DNA of 64,000 nt from Candidatus Aldehydirespiratoraceae bacterium (GTDB lineage: Bacteria > Actinomycetota > Acidimicrobiia > Acidimicrobiales > Aldehydirespiratoraceae). This document shows, piece after piece, positions 54,939 to 64,000 of the stretch. Positions within the stretch are counted from its first letter, which is position 1. Each line of letters starts with the position of its first letter. A model generated the notes under the pieces. It saw only the letters and a program-made list of their open reading frames with translations, did no database searches and was not told where the DNA came from. Where the stretch lies: assembly GCA_965205465.1 (NCBI GenBank), contig OZ242187.1:2454244-2518243 (forward strand), in the 5' to 3' direction. Both the position numbers and the translations under genes were made by a program.

Positions 54939-55781
54939 TTGACTGACCAGCCGACTTCCCCAACGAACAGGCAACCTGGCGACGAGCGCTACATGCACGG
55001 GTACCACGAGGTGATCGTGGGGTCGTACACTCGCCGTACCGCGGAGACGTGCGCGGGCTTTCTGCTGCCTCGCCTGCAACCGGACACAGTGCTACTCGAT
55101 CTGGGTTGTGGCCCCGGCACGATCACTGCCGGTCTGGCTCGCCGGGTCGGGCGAGCGGTCGGATTAGACGCATCCGCGGAGATGGTCGACGCTGCGGAAA
55201 ACCACGTCGCAGACTACGGGATCGGCAATGCGACTTTTGAGGTCGGTTCGGCTTACGACCTGCCATTCAGCGATGACAGCTTCGACGTGGTGCACGCCCA
55301 TCAGGTGTTCCAGCATCTGTCGCAACCTGTCGAGGCGCTGCGGGAAGTCCGCCGAATTTTGACACCCGGAGGGATAGTGGCAATTCGTGACTCCGATTAC
55401 GAAACGATGATCCACGCTCCAGTCACCGAGGCCATCGTTCGTTGGCGAGAGCTCTATCACCAGGTGTCCAGGGCCAACGGCGGCGAATCGAACGCTGCGC
55501 GGCATCTGTTGTCCTGGGTGACCGAGGCCGGATTTGTCGACCCGGAAGTCACCACCGACTCGGTCACGCATGCGACTCCCGAAGGGCGAACCGCTTGGGG
55601 CGAGATGTGGGCGGTGCGCGTCGTAGACAGCGACTTTGCCCGTCACGCGGTAGACCACGGGCTCTCCACCCGAGCCGAACTGCAGGAGATTTCAGACGCC
55701 TTTCGCCACTGGACGAGCGAACCCACCGGTTTCTGGGCCTACATGTGCGGCGAAGTCATCGCCACCTGCCCCTCAACTTGA
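54939..55781 (+). CDS. Class I SAM-dependent methyltransferase
   Basis: Motif I VLLDLGCGPGTIT; post-I GLDAS; FDVVHAHQVFQH. Confidence 0.8.
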   Translation: MTDQPTSPTNRQPGDERYMHGYHEVIVGSYTRRTAETCAGFLLPRLQPDTVLLDLGCGPGTITAGLARRVGRAVGLDASAEMVDAAENHVADYGIGNATFEVGSAYDLPFSDDSFDVVHAHQVFQHLSQPVEALREVRRILTPGGIVAIRDSDYETMIHAPVTEAIVRWRELYHQVSRANGGESNAARHLLSWVTEAGFVDPEVTTDSVTHATPEGRTAWGEMWAVRVVDSDFARHAVDHGLSTRAELQEISDAFRHWTSEPTGFWAYMCGEVIATCPST

Positions 55782-56083
55782 CCAGACTGGAGTTCTTGTC
55801 CTGCCCAGCAGTCTGCTGAGTGATCTGCGGGATCGTTCGGCGAAACCACCCGTCGGATTTCAAGGTGTTTGTCTTCCCAACACGCCGACCCCGGCGACGG
55901 AGCGAACACAGCTGAAGCGCCGTATTCGAGCATCGGCAGCACATCTGAATGCAACGAATCGCCGACCATCACGAAACGCGACGGGTTGGTGGTCAGTGTT
56001 TGTTCCCAGCTGCGCCCCGTCCGCCCCGACCGGGGTGAGGATGGGAGCACCGCCCTGTCTTTGACTTGTTGCGCGCTCCACAT
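55739..56083 (-). pseudogene. Possible 3' remnant of a HAD-family hydrolase gene
   Basis: Only a motif-III-like stretch NPSRFVMVGDSLHSDVLPMLEYGASAVF is visible; no DxDxT region upstream. The ORF starts exactly where the NTase-fold gene ends. Confidence 0.3.
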
Positions 56084-56689
56084 TTACCCAACACTGTCTG
56101 ACTCTGTTCTGGCTGATCTACCGGCCGCCTTCGAGACGGCCGACGCACAAATAGAGGAGAACCAACCTCGCAGGACGCGCACCCGACGACCCCTGCGAGC
56201 ACGCACAAGCATTTCCTTAGCCCAATACTCGTCGCGCGGGCGCAGGCTCCGAACACCCGCAGCGACCTCCATCAGATCTAGGAGTTCCTCTTCGTCGTAT
56301 ATACCAGTCTCACGGATCAAAACAATGCAGTCTTCTTCGTCGGCCCTGCGGCCTGATTGGAGTTTCATGGCCAACAGATACCGCGGGCCCGCGGAGTCTA
56401 GGATGAGGCACTCGCCAGTGAAAACCCTCTCCGGTTGTACATCAAGAGACACCGCAAAGCCCTTCACCCCATCATTGATCCAATCAGGTGCCAGATGATG
56501 CCTCGCAGCGACCACCTCGCACGCTTCTCGCAGAGCGTTGTTCATTCCCTCCGAGACGACATCTATGTCGCCGGTAAGCCTGCCTGGGACGCGAGTCAGC
56601 ATTGGTGCTCCCCCGACTGTGACTAGATGCACGGGAGCACAGTTCGCGGCTGCCATGATCTCATCAACCTCCGACAGCAGTGCAGGCAT
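56084..56689 (-). CDS. Nucleotidyltransferase-fold protein (DUF6036/MNT-like, toxin-antitoxin-type)
   Basis: VHLVTVGGAPMLTRVPGRLTGDIDVV (GG...T-G-D-I-D). Start taken at MPALLSEV (56689). Confidence 0.45.
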   Translation of the reverse strand: MPALLSEVDEIMAAANCAPVHLVTVGGAPMLTRVPGRLTGDIDVVSEGMNNALREACEVVAARHHLAPDWINDGVKGFAVSLDVQPERVFTGECLILDSAGPRYLLAMKLQSGRRADEEDCIVLIRETGIYDEEELLDLMEVAAGVRSLRPRDEYWAKEMLVRARRGRRVRVLRGWFSSICASAVSKAAGRSARTESDSVG

Positions 56690-56735
56690 CTCGTTGGCGC
56701 CGAACCGCCCGTAGCCCCCCAGCGGGAGGCTTTCG

Positions 56736-57170
56736 TCAACCAACTTGGGTAAACCCGTGGATTCTGTGATCTTCGATGCTCGCGGGGTCGAACCACACCC
56801 GATGGTACGCACACGCATCGGGCGCGTTGCTGTGAAGCGTCCAAAGACTAGACACGCGCCGCCGGGAGGCGGTCATCGCTATGTTGCGGCGGCTACGATG
56901 CGCCCACACCCAACCAGGGACTGGCACACCATCACGGTCACACAACGCATGAACGACCGCAGCGATGCGCGTCAAGTCATGACGACGGCGTGTGAAACGG
57001 TGGTACCAGCGATGCCGGCGAGGCGGTTCCTGCACCATTGCAATGCGGTGAGCGTGGTCAGCGTGAGCCCATTGCTTACACAACACGCGGAGTTCAACGA
57101 TGCGGCCGCGCTTGTCGTCATCGGCCATCCAGCGGGGAACTTGGTCGGCGGTGATAGTGGGGACGAACAT
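56736..57170 (-). CDS. Hypothetical protein, upstream partner of the NTase-fold gene
   Basis: 144-aa ORF, co-directional, 46 nt upstream of 56689. No motif recognised. Confidence 0.3.
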   Translation of the reverse strand: MFVPTITADQVPRWMADDDKRGRIVELRVLCKQWAHADHAHRIAMVQEPPRRHRWYHRFTRRRHDLTRIAAVVHALCDRDGVPVPGWVWAHRSRRNIAMTASRRRVSSLWTLHSNAPDACAYHRVWFDPASIEDHRIHGFTQVG

Positions 57171-57508
57171 GATGGTATGGAGGTGGGATCGGGTTCTCGC
57201 GACCCATATTAGCGGGTTAGCTTCATCGTGCCTAGAGGGGCAACGCCTGCTCCGACCAAGGTGGAGGATGTGAGCAGAGAATCCACCACCAGAACAACAC
57301 CGCAGGGAACGCCACGACAGCGACTAGAACGCGTGACGTTGGTTAGAACCGTTCTAGGTACGGCTCCCTGTGCTAGTCGCGGGCAGTAGTCAGTATTCGC
57401 CGGACGCGATCATCGCTGCGATTTTTTCTGTTTCGATCATTGAAGTAGTCTCTGGTGGGTCTGGCGCTGATGGCTGGAGGCCGACGAAAGGAGGACCTCG
57501 GGGTGGTG

Positions 57509-58501
57509 ATGTCCTCGGAGGTTGCGGGTCGGGTTCCGCTCGTTGACTTGTCGGGAGCGTTCGAACCTGGCCGACGGCGCGATCACGTCGTTGAGGCGAT
57601 CAGGCGGGCCTGTGAAGACGTGGGTTTTCTGGTCATTACAGGTCACGGAGTCAGCAGCGAAACCGTGCAACGGATCGAAGACGTCTCCCGCCAATTCTTC
57701 GCCCTGCGGATTACCGAGAAGATGGAACTCATGTGCCCGGAAGGCAACAGGCGGGGCTACAAGCCTCTCGGGGGCACGCTGCTGGCGTCGTCGCGTGGGG
57801 TTGAGACACCCCCAGACCTGTGCGAGTTGTACCTCGTCAACCGCTTTGATGACCCCGAAGCGGCCCGGCGCGCTGGATTGCGCGAAGGCCGCGAAGCCTT
57901 CTTCGCGCCGAACGTCTGGCCTGACCCAGAGCAGGTTCTGAATTTCCGGGAGACCTTCGAGACCTACTACGCGGTGATGGAGGGTTTGGCCGCCAGGCTG
58001 ATGGGCCTGATGGCGTTGGCCCTCGGCCTGAACGAGAATTGGTTCGACGACAAGATCGCCGACCATGTCACGGCCCTCTCCGCCATCCACTACCCGGCCC
58101 TTGACGAAGGCCCACTCCCCGGGCAGTACCGACGCGGGCCGCATTCGGACTGGGGCAGCCTGACTGTGTTGCACCATGACGGCGGGCCGGGTCTGCAGAT
58201 CATGTCGCCCGAAGGCCAATGGGAGGACGTACCGGTGGTCCGCGGGTCCTTTGTGGTGAACATCGGTGACCTGATGGCAATGTGGACTAACGACCGTTGG
58301 GTTTCGACGGTGCACCGCGTCGTCGTGCCAGCCGATCACGGGCGTGAGCGGATCTCGATCGCGTTCTTCCACCAACCGACTTACGACGCACGCATCGAAT
58401 GCATCCCCACCTGCACGTCGACCGACGACCCTCCTCGCCATGAACCGACCACTTCAGGCGAGTGGCTGGAATCGATGATCGACAAGACCACCGCCTATTG
58501 A
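57509..58501 (+). CDS. 2-oxoglutarate/Fe(II)-dependent oxygenase (isopenicillin-N-synthase-like)
   Basis: VPLVDLSG...ACEDVGFLVITGHGV...GPHSDWGSLTVLH...WVSTVHRV gives the H-x-D...H triad and RxS. Start ATG 57509 or GTG 57503 after AAGGAGGA. Confidence 0.8.
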   Translation: MSSEVAGRVPLVDLSGAFEPGRRRDHVVEAIRRACEDVGFLVITGHGVSSETVQRIEDVSRQFFALRITEKMELMCPEGNRRGYKPLGGTLLASSRGVETPPDLCELYLVNRFDDPEAARRAGLREGREAFFAPNVWPDPEQVLNFRETFETYYAVMEGLAARLMGLMALALGLNENWFDDKIADHVTALSAIHYPALDEGPLPGQYRRGPHSDWGSLTVLHHDGGPGLQIMSPEGQWEDVPVVRGSFVVNIGDLMAMWTNDRWVSTVHRVVVPADHGRERISIAFFHQPTYDARIECIPTCTSTDDPPRHEPTTSGEWLESMIDKTTAY

Positions 58502-58579
58502 TTGATTCGTCAATGGCACCTTCGGCCCAAGGCTCTAGCATGAGTGCCGGTTGGGACGGACCAAAGACCGGGAGGTCGC

Positions 58580-59602
58580 ATGAACCCTCGAAGAGACATG
58601 CTTATCGGTGCCATTGCCTGCATCGTCATATTCTTCTTCTTTGTCAGCATCGATTTGTACGAGACAGTCTCGGACTTCACGAGTGAGCACGAAGGCTGGC
58701 AACTCGTTGAGATCCTGGCGGCTGTGCCTACGCTCGCTCTGGTCACCTCTTGGTTCGCCGTGCGGCGCTGGCTGGAAGTGGCTCACCTCAACGACCGCTT
58801 GGCGCACACGATCGGGCAACTCAAGGAAGCGATTGATGAACGCCAGGCCATGGAGGAACAGATCGGCGAGGCTTACAAAATGGCGGCGATGGGCCAGCTA
58901 GCCGGCGGACTCACCCGGGAACTCAACAATGTGATGCAACCGATCGTCACCTTGGCGCAGATGGGAGTCGAGCAAACCGACCAAAGCGAATCGCAAAGGG
59001 AGAATATGGGTCGCATACTCTTGGCGGCGGAGCGTGGTTGCAAGATTCTCGAGAGTTCATTGGCTGACCCCGCCGGCGGATTCGGCGAAGCAGAAGAGAT
59101 CGTCCCGTCGCAGGGGTTGTCCAGTGTGATTGCCCAGGTAGGAAGGTCGGTTGGAAACGATGTGACGATTGTGTCCCGTTTCAGCGACGAGGGTGGCGTG
59201 ATCTCAGTGAACCGTGAAGAATTCGACTCGGTGTTTACGAGTTTGCTGACCAACGCGGCACAGGCCATGAAGCGTGGAGGCGAGATCACGGTGGGACTTT
59301 CGACCCGCACATTTGACGAGGCTCAGGCGCGTGTGCAGGGAGTCTCAGCCGGCAACTACTTCAGTGCCACTGTGGTCGACCAAGGCATTGGCATGACCGA
59401 TGATGTGCGAACCCAAGTTTTTGATCCGTTCTTCACAACCAAATCGGCCGACGGATGCGCCGGTCTGGGTCTCACCATCGCCTATGAACAGGTTCACGGA
59501 TGGTCGGGCAGGATCACCGCGGAATCGTCTTATGGTGAGGGTTCGACGTTTGAAGTCCTCATCCCCCGCCACCATGCGGACGAAGCCCAGGAGCCTGAAT
59601 AA
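58580..59602 (+). CDS. Membrane sensor histidine-kinase homologue lacking the phospho-accepting His
   Basis: Two TM segments, coiled linker, H-box-like MGQLAGGLTRELNNVMQPI (Arg where His is expected, CGG 58916-58918). HATPase_c: NLLTNAAQAM, DQGIGM, GLGLTIAYE. Confidence 0.7.
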   Translation: MNPRRDMLIGAIACIVIFFFFVSIDLYETVSDFTSEHEGWQLVEILAAVPTLALVTSWFAVRRWLEVAHLNDRLAHTIGQLKEAIDERQAMEEQIGEAYKMAAMGQLAGGLTRELNNVMQPIVTLAQMGVEQTDQSESQRENMGRILLAAERGCKILESSLADPAGGFGEAEEIVPSQGLSSVIAQVGRSVGNDVTIVSRFSDEGGVISVNREEFDSVFTSLLTNAAQAMKRGGEITVGLSTRTFDEAQARVQGVSAGNYFSATVVDQGIGMTDDVRTQVFDPFFTTKSADGCAGLGLTIAYEQVHGWSGRITAESSYGEGSTFEVLIPRHHADEAQEPE

Positions 59603-59973
59603 TGGCGACCGTGTTGGTGGCTGACGACGACCCGGGGGTGCGCTTTGCGCTGACGCGGCTGTTGGATGCTTGTGGTGACTATGAGGTAATCGAAGCCGAC
59701 AGCTGTGAAGCGGCGCTGGAGCTGACGGCTTCCCAGAAACCGGATGTGGTTGTGACAGAGGCCGTGATGCCGACAATGACCGCGATCGAGTACATAAAGG
59801 CGTTGCGCTGGGCCTACCCTCGCGCCGGGATCGTGGCTTTGTCTGCGGGTGGCATGCACCAAAGCCCAGAGTTCGCCACCGGCCTTGCCAGCACCGCAGG
59901 AGCCGACGAAGTCCTGCGCAAACCTGTCAAAAACGAACCCCTGCTAACCGCCGTCAACAAAGTCCTCCGCTAA
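59602..59973 (+). CDS. Stand-alone receiver (CheY-like) domain with Glu at the phospho-acceptor position
   Basis: VLVADDDP ... PDVVVTEAVMP (GAG 59758-59760 where Asp is expected) ... IVALSAGG ... LRKP. Start overlaps the kinase stop (ATAATG). Confidence 0.75.
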   Translation: MATVLVADDDPGVRFALTRLLDACGDYEVIEADSCEAALELTASQKPDVVVTEAVMPTMTAIEYIKALRWAYPRAGIVALSAGGMHQSPEFATGLASTAGADEVLRKPVKNEPLLTAVNKVLR

Positions 59974-59977
59974 GCTC

Positions 59978-60187
59978 ATGCGGATGGACGGATCAAGTGG
60001 ATCTGCTGCTGATGACGCTGCGCTTCAGAAGCTCCTTGAAGCCCGTCAACTGTACGCGGACTATTTAGCCGTCAGGTCTGTCGCCGAGGCGGCGACCCTT
60101 CGCGATCTGGCGACCAAGGCCGTGTCTGAGGACAGCTACCGAGACCACACCTTCACACCTCAGCCACTCACGATCCCGTTCCGCTGA
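59978..60187 (+). CDS. Hypothetical 69-aa protein
   Basis: ORF only; 4 nt after the receiver gene. Confidence 0.3.
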   Translation: MRMDGSSGSAADDAALQKLLEARQLYADYLAVRSVAEAATLRDLATKAVSEDSYRDHTFTPQPLTIPFR

Positions 60188-60350
60188 TCTCTTTGCTTTG
60201 CGATGTTCCTTGATGAGTCAGGACGATGGGGTCTTCGAAGTAGCAGAACGATGGAGACCCGAAGACACCGAGGTTCAGTAGCTCGCCCGCGATCGTAATC
60301 GTGCAAGCGGTAGGGGATGACGTGACGCGCTGTGGCATCTGGACGCGGCT

Positions 60351-60414
60351 CATCTTCGGATCGGGATCAGCGACCATCGGGTCATCTTCGGATCGGGATC
60401 AGCGACCATCGGGT
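60351..60414 (+). repeat. Perfect 32-bp tandem duplication (CATCTTCGGATCGGGATCAGCGACCATCGGGT x2)
   Basis: 60351-60382 is identical to 60383-60414. It lies 55 nt upstream of the GmrSD start. Confidence 0.9.
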
Positions 60415-60468
60415 CCGATTGCATACAATGCGAACGATTTCCGAGGAGCCGTAGGAAGGGACCAAACA

Positions 60469-62319
60469 ATGGCTGTCGATATTCAGCAGATCACAGGTAC
60501 TGCTCGGTCCGTACAAGAGCTTCTGTTGGGGACTCGCTACGGACTTGACTTCTACCAGCGTGAGTACAGCTGGGAGGAAGCGCAGGTCGGTGAGCTCATC
60601 GACGACCTGACCGGTCGGTTCTTCGATGAGCACGACGAGGCTCACGAACGTGACGACGTGGCCACCTACCGTCCGTACTTCCTAGGGCCGATCGTGACTG
60701 CACAGCGTGGTGGTGTGCGCTATCTCGTCGACGGTCAACAACGGATCACGACCCTCAGCCTCCTGTTGATCTATGTCCGTCACAGACTCGTCGAATCTCA
60801 TTCCAAGGATGCAGATGCTCTCAATTCGCTGATCTACTCTTCGGCGTTCGGCAAGACGACATTCAACCTCGACGTTGACGAGCGCGAGAAGTGCCTGCAG
60901 GCCATCCTGGATGACGAGGAGTACGACGCCAGCGCGGAACCTGAGTCAGTTCGCAACCTCTGGAACAGATACCAGACGATCGTCGAACGGTTCCCGGGCG
61001 ATCTTCACGGCGACACGCTGCCGTACTTCGCTGACTGGCTCCAGCACCGGGTGATCCTCGTCGCCGTTGGAGCGCCAGATCAAGACATGGCGCTCGAGAT
61101 ATTCGAGACCATGAACGACCGAGGTCTGCGTCTGAGCAGTACCGACATGCTCAAGAGCTTCCTGCTCGCGCAGGTCGGCGACGAGAAAGTGATCCGGGAT
61201 CTCAACGGCCGTTGGCGTCAGCGGGTCACCGAGTTGGTCGATTCTGAGAAGAACGCCGACGCTGACTTTGTCAAGGCTTGGCTGCGCGGCAAGCACGCGG
61301 TGACACAGCGCGAACGCAAAGCCAACGCAGCACCGCGCGACTTCGACATCATCGGCACGGCGTTCCACAAGTGGGTGAGAGACAACCGGACTGAGATCGG
61401 ACTCACAGGACAAGAGACCTACCGACGATTTGTCGAGCGCGAGTTCTTGGGACTCAGTAGCCGCTACCTGGAACTCTTGCGCGCTTCTCGCGACTTGAGC
61501 CCAGGCCTCGAAGCCGTCTTCTGCAACGCGAGAAACGGCTTCACTCTTCAGCTCCCTGTGATCCTCGCTGCTGTCACCCCAGAGGATGATGACGAGACCT
61601 TCACGGCGAAGGCCGCGCTCGTGGCCGGCTCCCTGGACATCTTCATCGCCCGGAGAATGGTGAACCACCGTAACTTTGGTTACTCAACGGTCGTCTACAC
61701 GATGTTCAACCTGATCAAGGAACTTCGCGACAACCCTGTCGAAACTGTTCGAAGAGTCCTGACCCAGTTTCTTGAGAACGAATGGGAGGAACTCGAAGGA
61801 ATTTGGTTGTTTAGCCTCACGAAGCGAAATCGCCGCCACATCCACTACCTCCTCGCCCGCATCACCGCCTGGCTCGACGACGAACTGGGAACAGGAATGT
61901 CGCTGGCCGACTACCTCGACCGATCACGCAAGCATCCCTTCGAAGTCGAACACATCTGGGCCGACAAGTTCGAACGACACGCGGAAGAGTTCCCGACCGT
62001 CTACGAATTCGAGGAACACCGAAACATGTTCGGCGACCTTTTGCTGCTGCCGAAGGACTTCAACGCCAGCTACGGCGCGATGCCCTACGAACAGAAGGTC
62101 CAGCACTACTCGGGCCAGAATATCCTGGCGAAGTCGCTTCACCCGCTGGCGTACCAGCATCACCCCAGCTTCAACAGGCTCCGCGAGACTTACAACCTCG
62201 CATTCGAGCCGTACCCGACGACATTCACCAAAGACGATATCGACACCCGCCAAGCTCTCTACCATGAGTTGGCTGAGGTCGTCTGGAGCCCGGAGCGAAT
62301 CGGACTGGGGCCTTGTTGA
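60469..62319 (+). CDS. GmrSD-family (DUF262 + DUF1524) type IV modification-dependent restriction endonuclease
   Basis: DUF262: YQREYSW...YFLGPIV...YLVDGQQRITTL. DUF1524/HNH-like: HPFEVEHIWADKF...FGDLLLLPKDFNAS. ATG 60469 follows GGAAGGG. Confidence 0.8.
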   Translation: MAVDIQQITGTARSVQELLLGTRYGLDFYQREYSWEEAQVGELIDDLTGRFFDEHDEAHERDDVATYRPYFLGPIVTAQRGGVRYLVDGQQRITTLSLLLIYVRHRLVESHSKDADALNSLIYSSAFGKTTFNLDVDEREKCLQAILDDEEYDASAEPESVRNLWNRYQTIVERFPGDLHGDTLPYFADWLQHRVILVAVGAPDQDMALEIFETMNDRGLRLSSTDMLKSFLLAQVGDEKVIRDLNGRWRQRVTELVDSEKNADADFVKAWLRGKHAVTQRERKANAAPRDFDIIGTAFHKWVRDNRTEIGLTGQETYRRFVEREFLGLSSRYLELLRASRDLSPGLEAVFCNARNGFTLQLPVILAAVTPEDDDETFTAKAALVAGSLDIFIARRMVNHRNFGYSTVVYTMFNLIKELRDNPVETVRRVLTQFLENEWEELEGIWLFSLTKRNRRHIHYLLARITAWLDDELGTGMSLADYLDRSRKHPFEVEHIWADKFERHAEEFPTVYEFEEHRNMFGDLLLLPKDFNASYGAMPYEQKVQHYSGQNILAKSLHPLAYQHHPSFNRLRETYNLAFEPYPTTFTKDDIDTRQALYHELAEVVWSPERIGLGPC

Positions 62320-62429
62320 AGAGTCGTCTCACAGATTGACTGAGCGTTGGATGCGATTTGGAACTTCGCTCGCTTGTGCGGAGTGAACCGCCCGTACTCA
62401 GGTCCTCTAGCCCGTCGGTTCGCTCGCGC

Positions 62430-63539
62430 TCAGAACCCGAGGTCGTTGGCGAGTTGTAGGGCGTGGAGGGCTTGTTGGGCGTTTTCGAGTAGTGCGGCGC
62501 CGCGTTTGGCGAAGAACTCGTCGGAATCGGTGACAGCGCCGCCGCCGTAGCGATGGTGTTCGGTACGGCAAGCCTGTTCGAGCATCAGGGGGGTGAACCA
62601 GTCGTATTTGACCGCTGAAGCGGCCATGGCCAGTTCGACAACTCTTGGATCGCCGTGCCAACCGGCATCACCGAGACCCTCAAGGTAAGCGCCAAGCACC
62701 GCTTCGCGTAGCCGCGGTAGCTGGTCCGGTTCAACGAAGAAGTCGTATGCGGCGTCGGGGACAAGGTTTCCTATGTCCTCGCCGAGCGCTCCGTCACCGA
62801 CGAAGGCCCAATCCAGCAGAACAAAGCTGCCGTCATTGGTCTGGATCAGGTTCTTGGTCCAGAAGTCAAGGTGGCACAGGGTGCGTGGAAGCGAGTCAAG
62901 CACCGAGTAGAGCCGATGACGCTGCGCGTGCAGTTCGTTGGCGGCCGACCTCAGAGCCGCTGGGAAGTGCTCTGCCACAAGGGGTTGGTTCCATGAGTGA
63001 TTGTCATCAATCAATTCCCAAACCACAGGTTTTTCGGTGCTGTAGTCGCGCAAGAAGCCTTGAGACAGCCATTCAACGTCCGGTATCTCGCCACCGAGGG
63101 CAATTCTGCCTTGTGCTGCTCCCAGCCGCCGTGCCACTTCTGCATAGGTGTCAATGTCCCAGTTCTCGGCTGGTGTGCCGTCAACGAACTCCATGGCAAC
63201 AACGGCGTCTTCGTCGGTGATATCGACACCCACGCAGACCGGTGCCCGCACACCTTCTTCAGCGAAGCACCCGACGACACCGGATTGGTAAGCGAGAGGT
63301 TCACGCAGCCAGTAATTCCAGCGATCAGTGGATTCGCAGTCCTGCGACCAGTGCCGCGTGAACGCCGTGGTACCCCCCTCGCGTCGGCGAGCCAGTCGCT
63401 TCACGACCAGATGGCGATCACCCTTCGTCAATTCCCAAATATCAGCAGTGAGCCACCGACTGTGTTGAGGCTCCGTCACCCGCCAACCGTCCTGTTCCAA
63501 CCCAACGCGCGCAAGGGATTCGCTCAACCGTAGATCCAC
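62430..63539 (-). CDS. Aminoglycoside/choline-kinase-type phosphotransferase (APH family)
   Basis: HLVVKRL (Lys), catalytic loop LCHLDFWTKNLI, metal-binding VLLDWAFVG. Confidence 0.75.
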   Translation of the reverse strand: MDLRLSESLARVGLEQDGWRVTEPQHSRWLTADIWELTKGDRHLVVKRLARRREGGTTAFTRHWSQDCESTDRWNYWLREPLAYQSGVVGCFAEEGVRAPVCVGVDITDEDAVVAMEFVDGTPAENWDIDTYAEVARRLGAAQGRIALGGEIPDVEWLSQGFLRDYSTEKPVVWELIDDNHSWNQPLVAEHFPAALRSAANELHAQRHRLYSVLDSLPRTLCHLDFWTKNLIQTNDGSFVLLDWAFVGDGALGEDIGNLVPDAAYDFFVEPDQLPRLREAVLGAYLEGLGDAGWHGDPRVVELAMAASAVKYDWFTPLMLEQACRTEHHRYGGGAVTDSDEFFAKRGAALLENAQQALHALQLANDLGF

Positions 63540-64000
63540 CCTGCAACCCTAGAAGCACCTGCGATCGCCGAGGGCGGAAAGGTTGATGAACCTGCGGGTG
63601 GTGCGCGGCAGTGGGGGAGTCCTAGCAACCTGGTCCAGTTGGCCGTCACGAACTCTGTGTCATTTCCCGTCGGGGCTTGTCCAAAGGAGCGACAGGTATA
63701 GTTCGAGGCACTCTAGGCCAAGTCTGGCCTATGGCCTCGATACGGCTGGTTTGCCGTGCTTCGCACAGCGTCTCGGCATCCGCGGCTACCCCTAAAAGCA
63801 CGATGAGCCCCCAACGAAGGGGACTCTCGCAAGCCACTCTCGTGGCTCAGACCACCGACACGAGCACTTGGTGCTCCGATGACCTCGACACACATGATAC
63901 CCAGGTCCGCTACAGAAACCGAATCGCCGTGTCTGGGGCGAAGCAAAGACCGTCAATGCCAGGAACACCCCGGTCGTGAGGTCTGAGATGTTGTACGGGT

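Noticed and set aside
57437-58441. 334-aa minus-strand ORF
   Set aside because: It runs antisense across the whole 2OG-Fe(II) oxygenase gene, which has clear motifs. It has no motifs of its own and shows the Arg/Pro/Gly-rich composition typical of shadow ORFs in high-GC DNA.
63540-64000. Possible riboswitch/structured RNA in the long leader upstream of the APH-family gene (minus strand); small ORFs 63583..63795 and 63677..63979
   Set aside because: I could not match any riboswitch, RNase P, tmRNA or SRP consensus by eye. The ORFs have no motifs and the region is cut by the window end. An Rfam/Infernal scan would be needed.

Overview
High-GC, actinobacterium-like chromosomal DNA. I saw no rRNA, no intact tRNA and no CRISPR array. 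Roughly 1-31.3 kb is a heavily rearranged accessory/defence island. 34.3-64 kb is mostly housekeeping with small inserted modules.

Island content, left to right:
- A translationally coupled TIR gene (5' end cut by the window) plus a stand-alone SLOG gene, followed by a putative nucleotide/DNA-hypermodification-family protein and a convergent MazG fusion.
- A NaeI-family restriction enzyme + C5-methyltransferase + Vsr cassette present twice: 3.8-6.8 kb with a frameshifted methylase, 21.7-24.7 kb intact. Scrambled fragments of the same block also occur.
- A RelE/ParE-like toxin + XRE antitoxin.
- A truncated rve transposase.
- An AbiEi/AbiEii-like pair.
- An orphan 3' half of tRNA-Met, a probable att scar.
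- A co-directional array of HTH-fused SF2 helicase / zinc ribbon / micro-ORF / PD-(D/E)xK-like protein that I cannot assign to a named defence system.
- Two different IS1380-family elements abutting each other, with a triple CTTAG direct repeat.
- A CxxC protein + HNH endonuclease.
- A second C5-methyltransferase.
- An IetA-like AAA+ ATPase with a decayed IetS-like S8 protease.
- A Rieske oxygenase.
- An SLH-like-anchored haem-peroxidase homologue.

The right half encodes PrmA, a GrdB-family protein with an in-frame TGA in a U-x-x-C-T-R context (probable selenocysteine), DUF4032, Phd/VapC, a quinone oxidoreductase, DUF2855 and a haloalkane dehalogenase + TetR. It continues with an IS481 remnant, class II FBA, nitronate monooxygenase, LCP, a Zur/ZnuABC/CDF zinc cluster, enoyl-CoA hydratase, a methyltransferase and a 2OG oxygenase. 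It ends with a histidine-kinase/receiver pair lacking both phospho-acceptor residues, a GmrSD-type type IV restriction enzyme and an APH-family kinase.

All functional calls rest on motif recognition in the translated ORFs and on by-eye nucleotide comparison. No database search or computation was possible.
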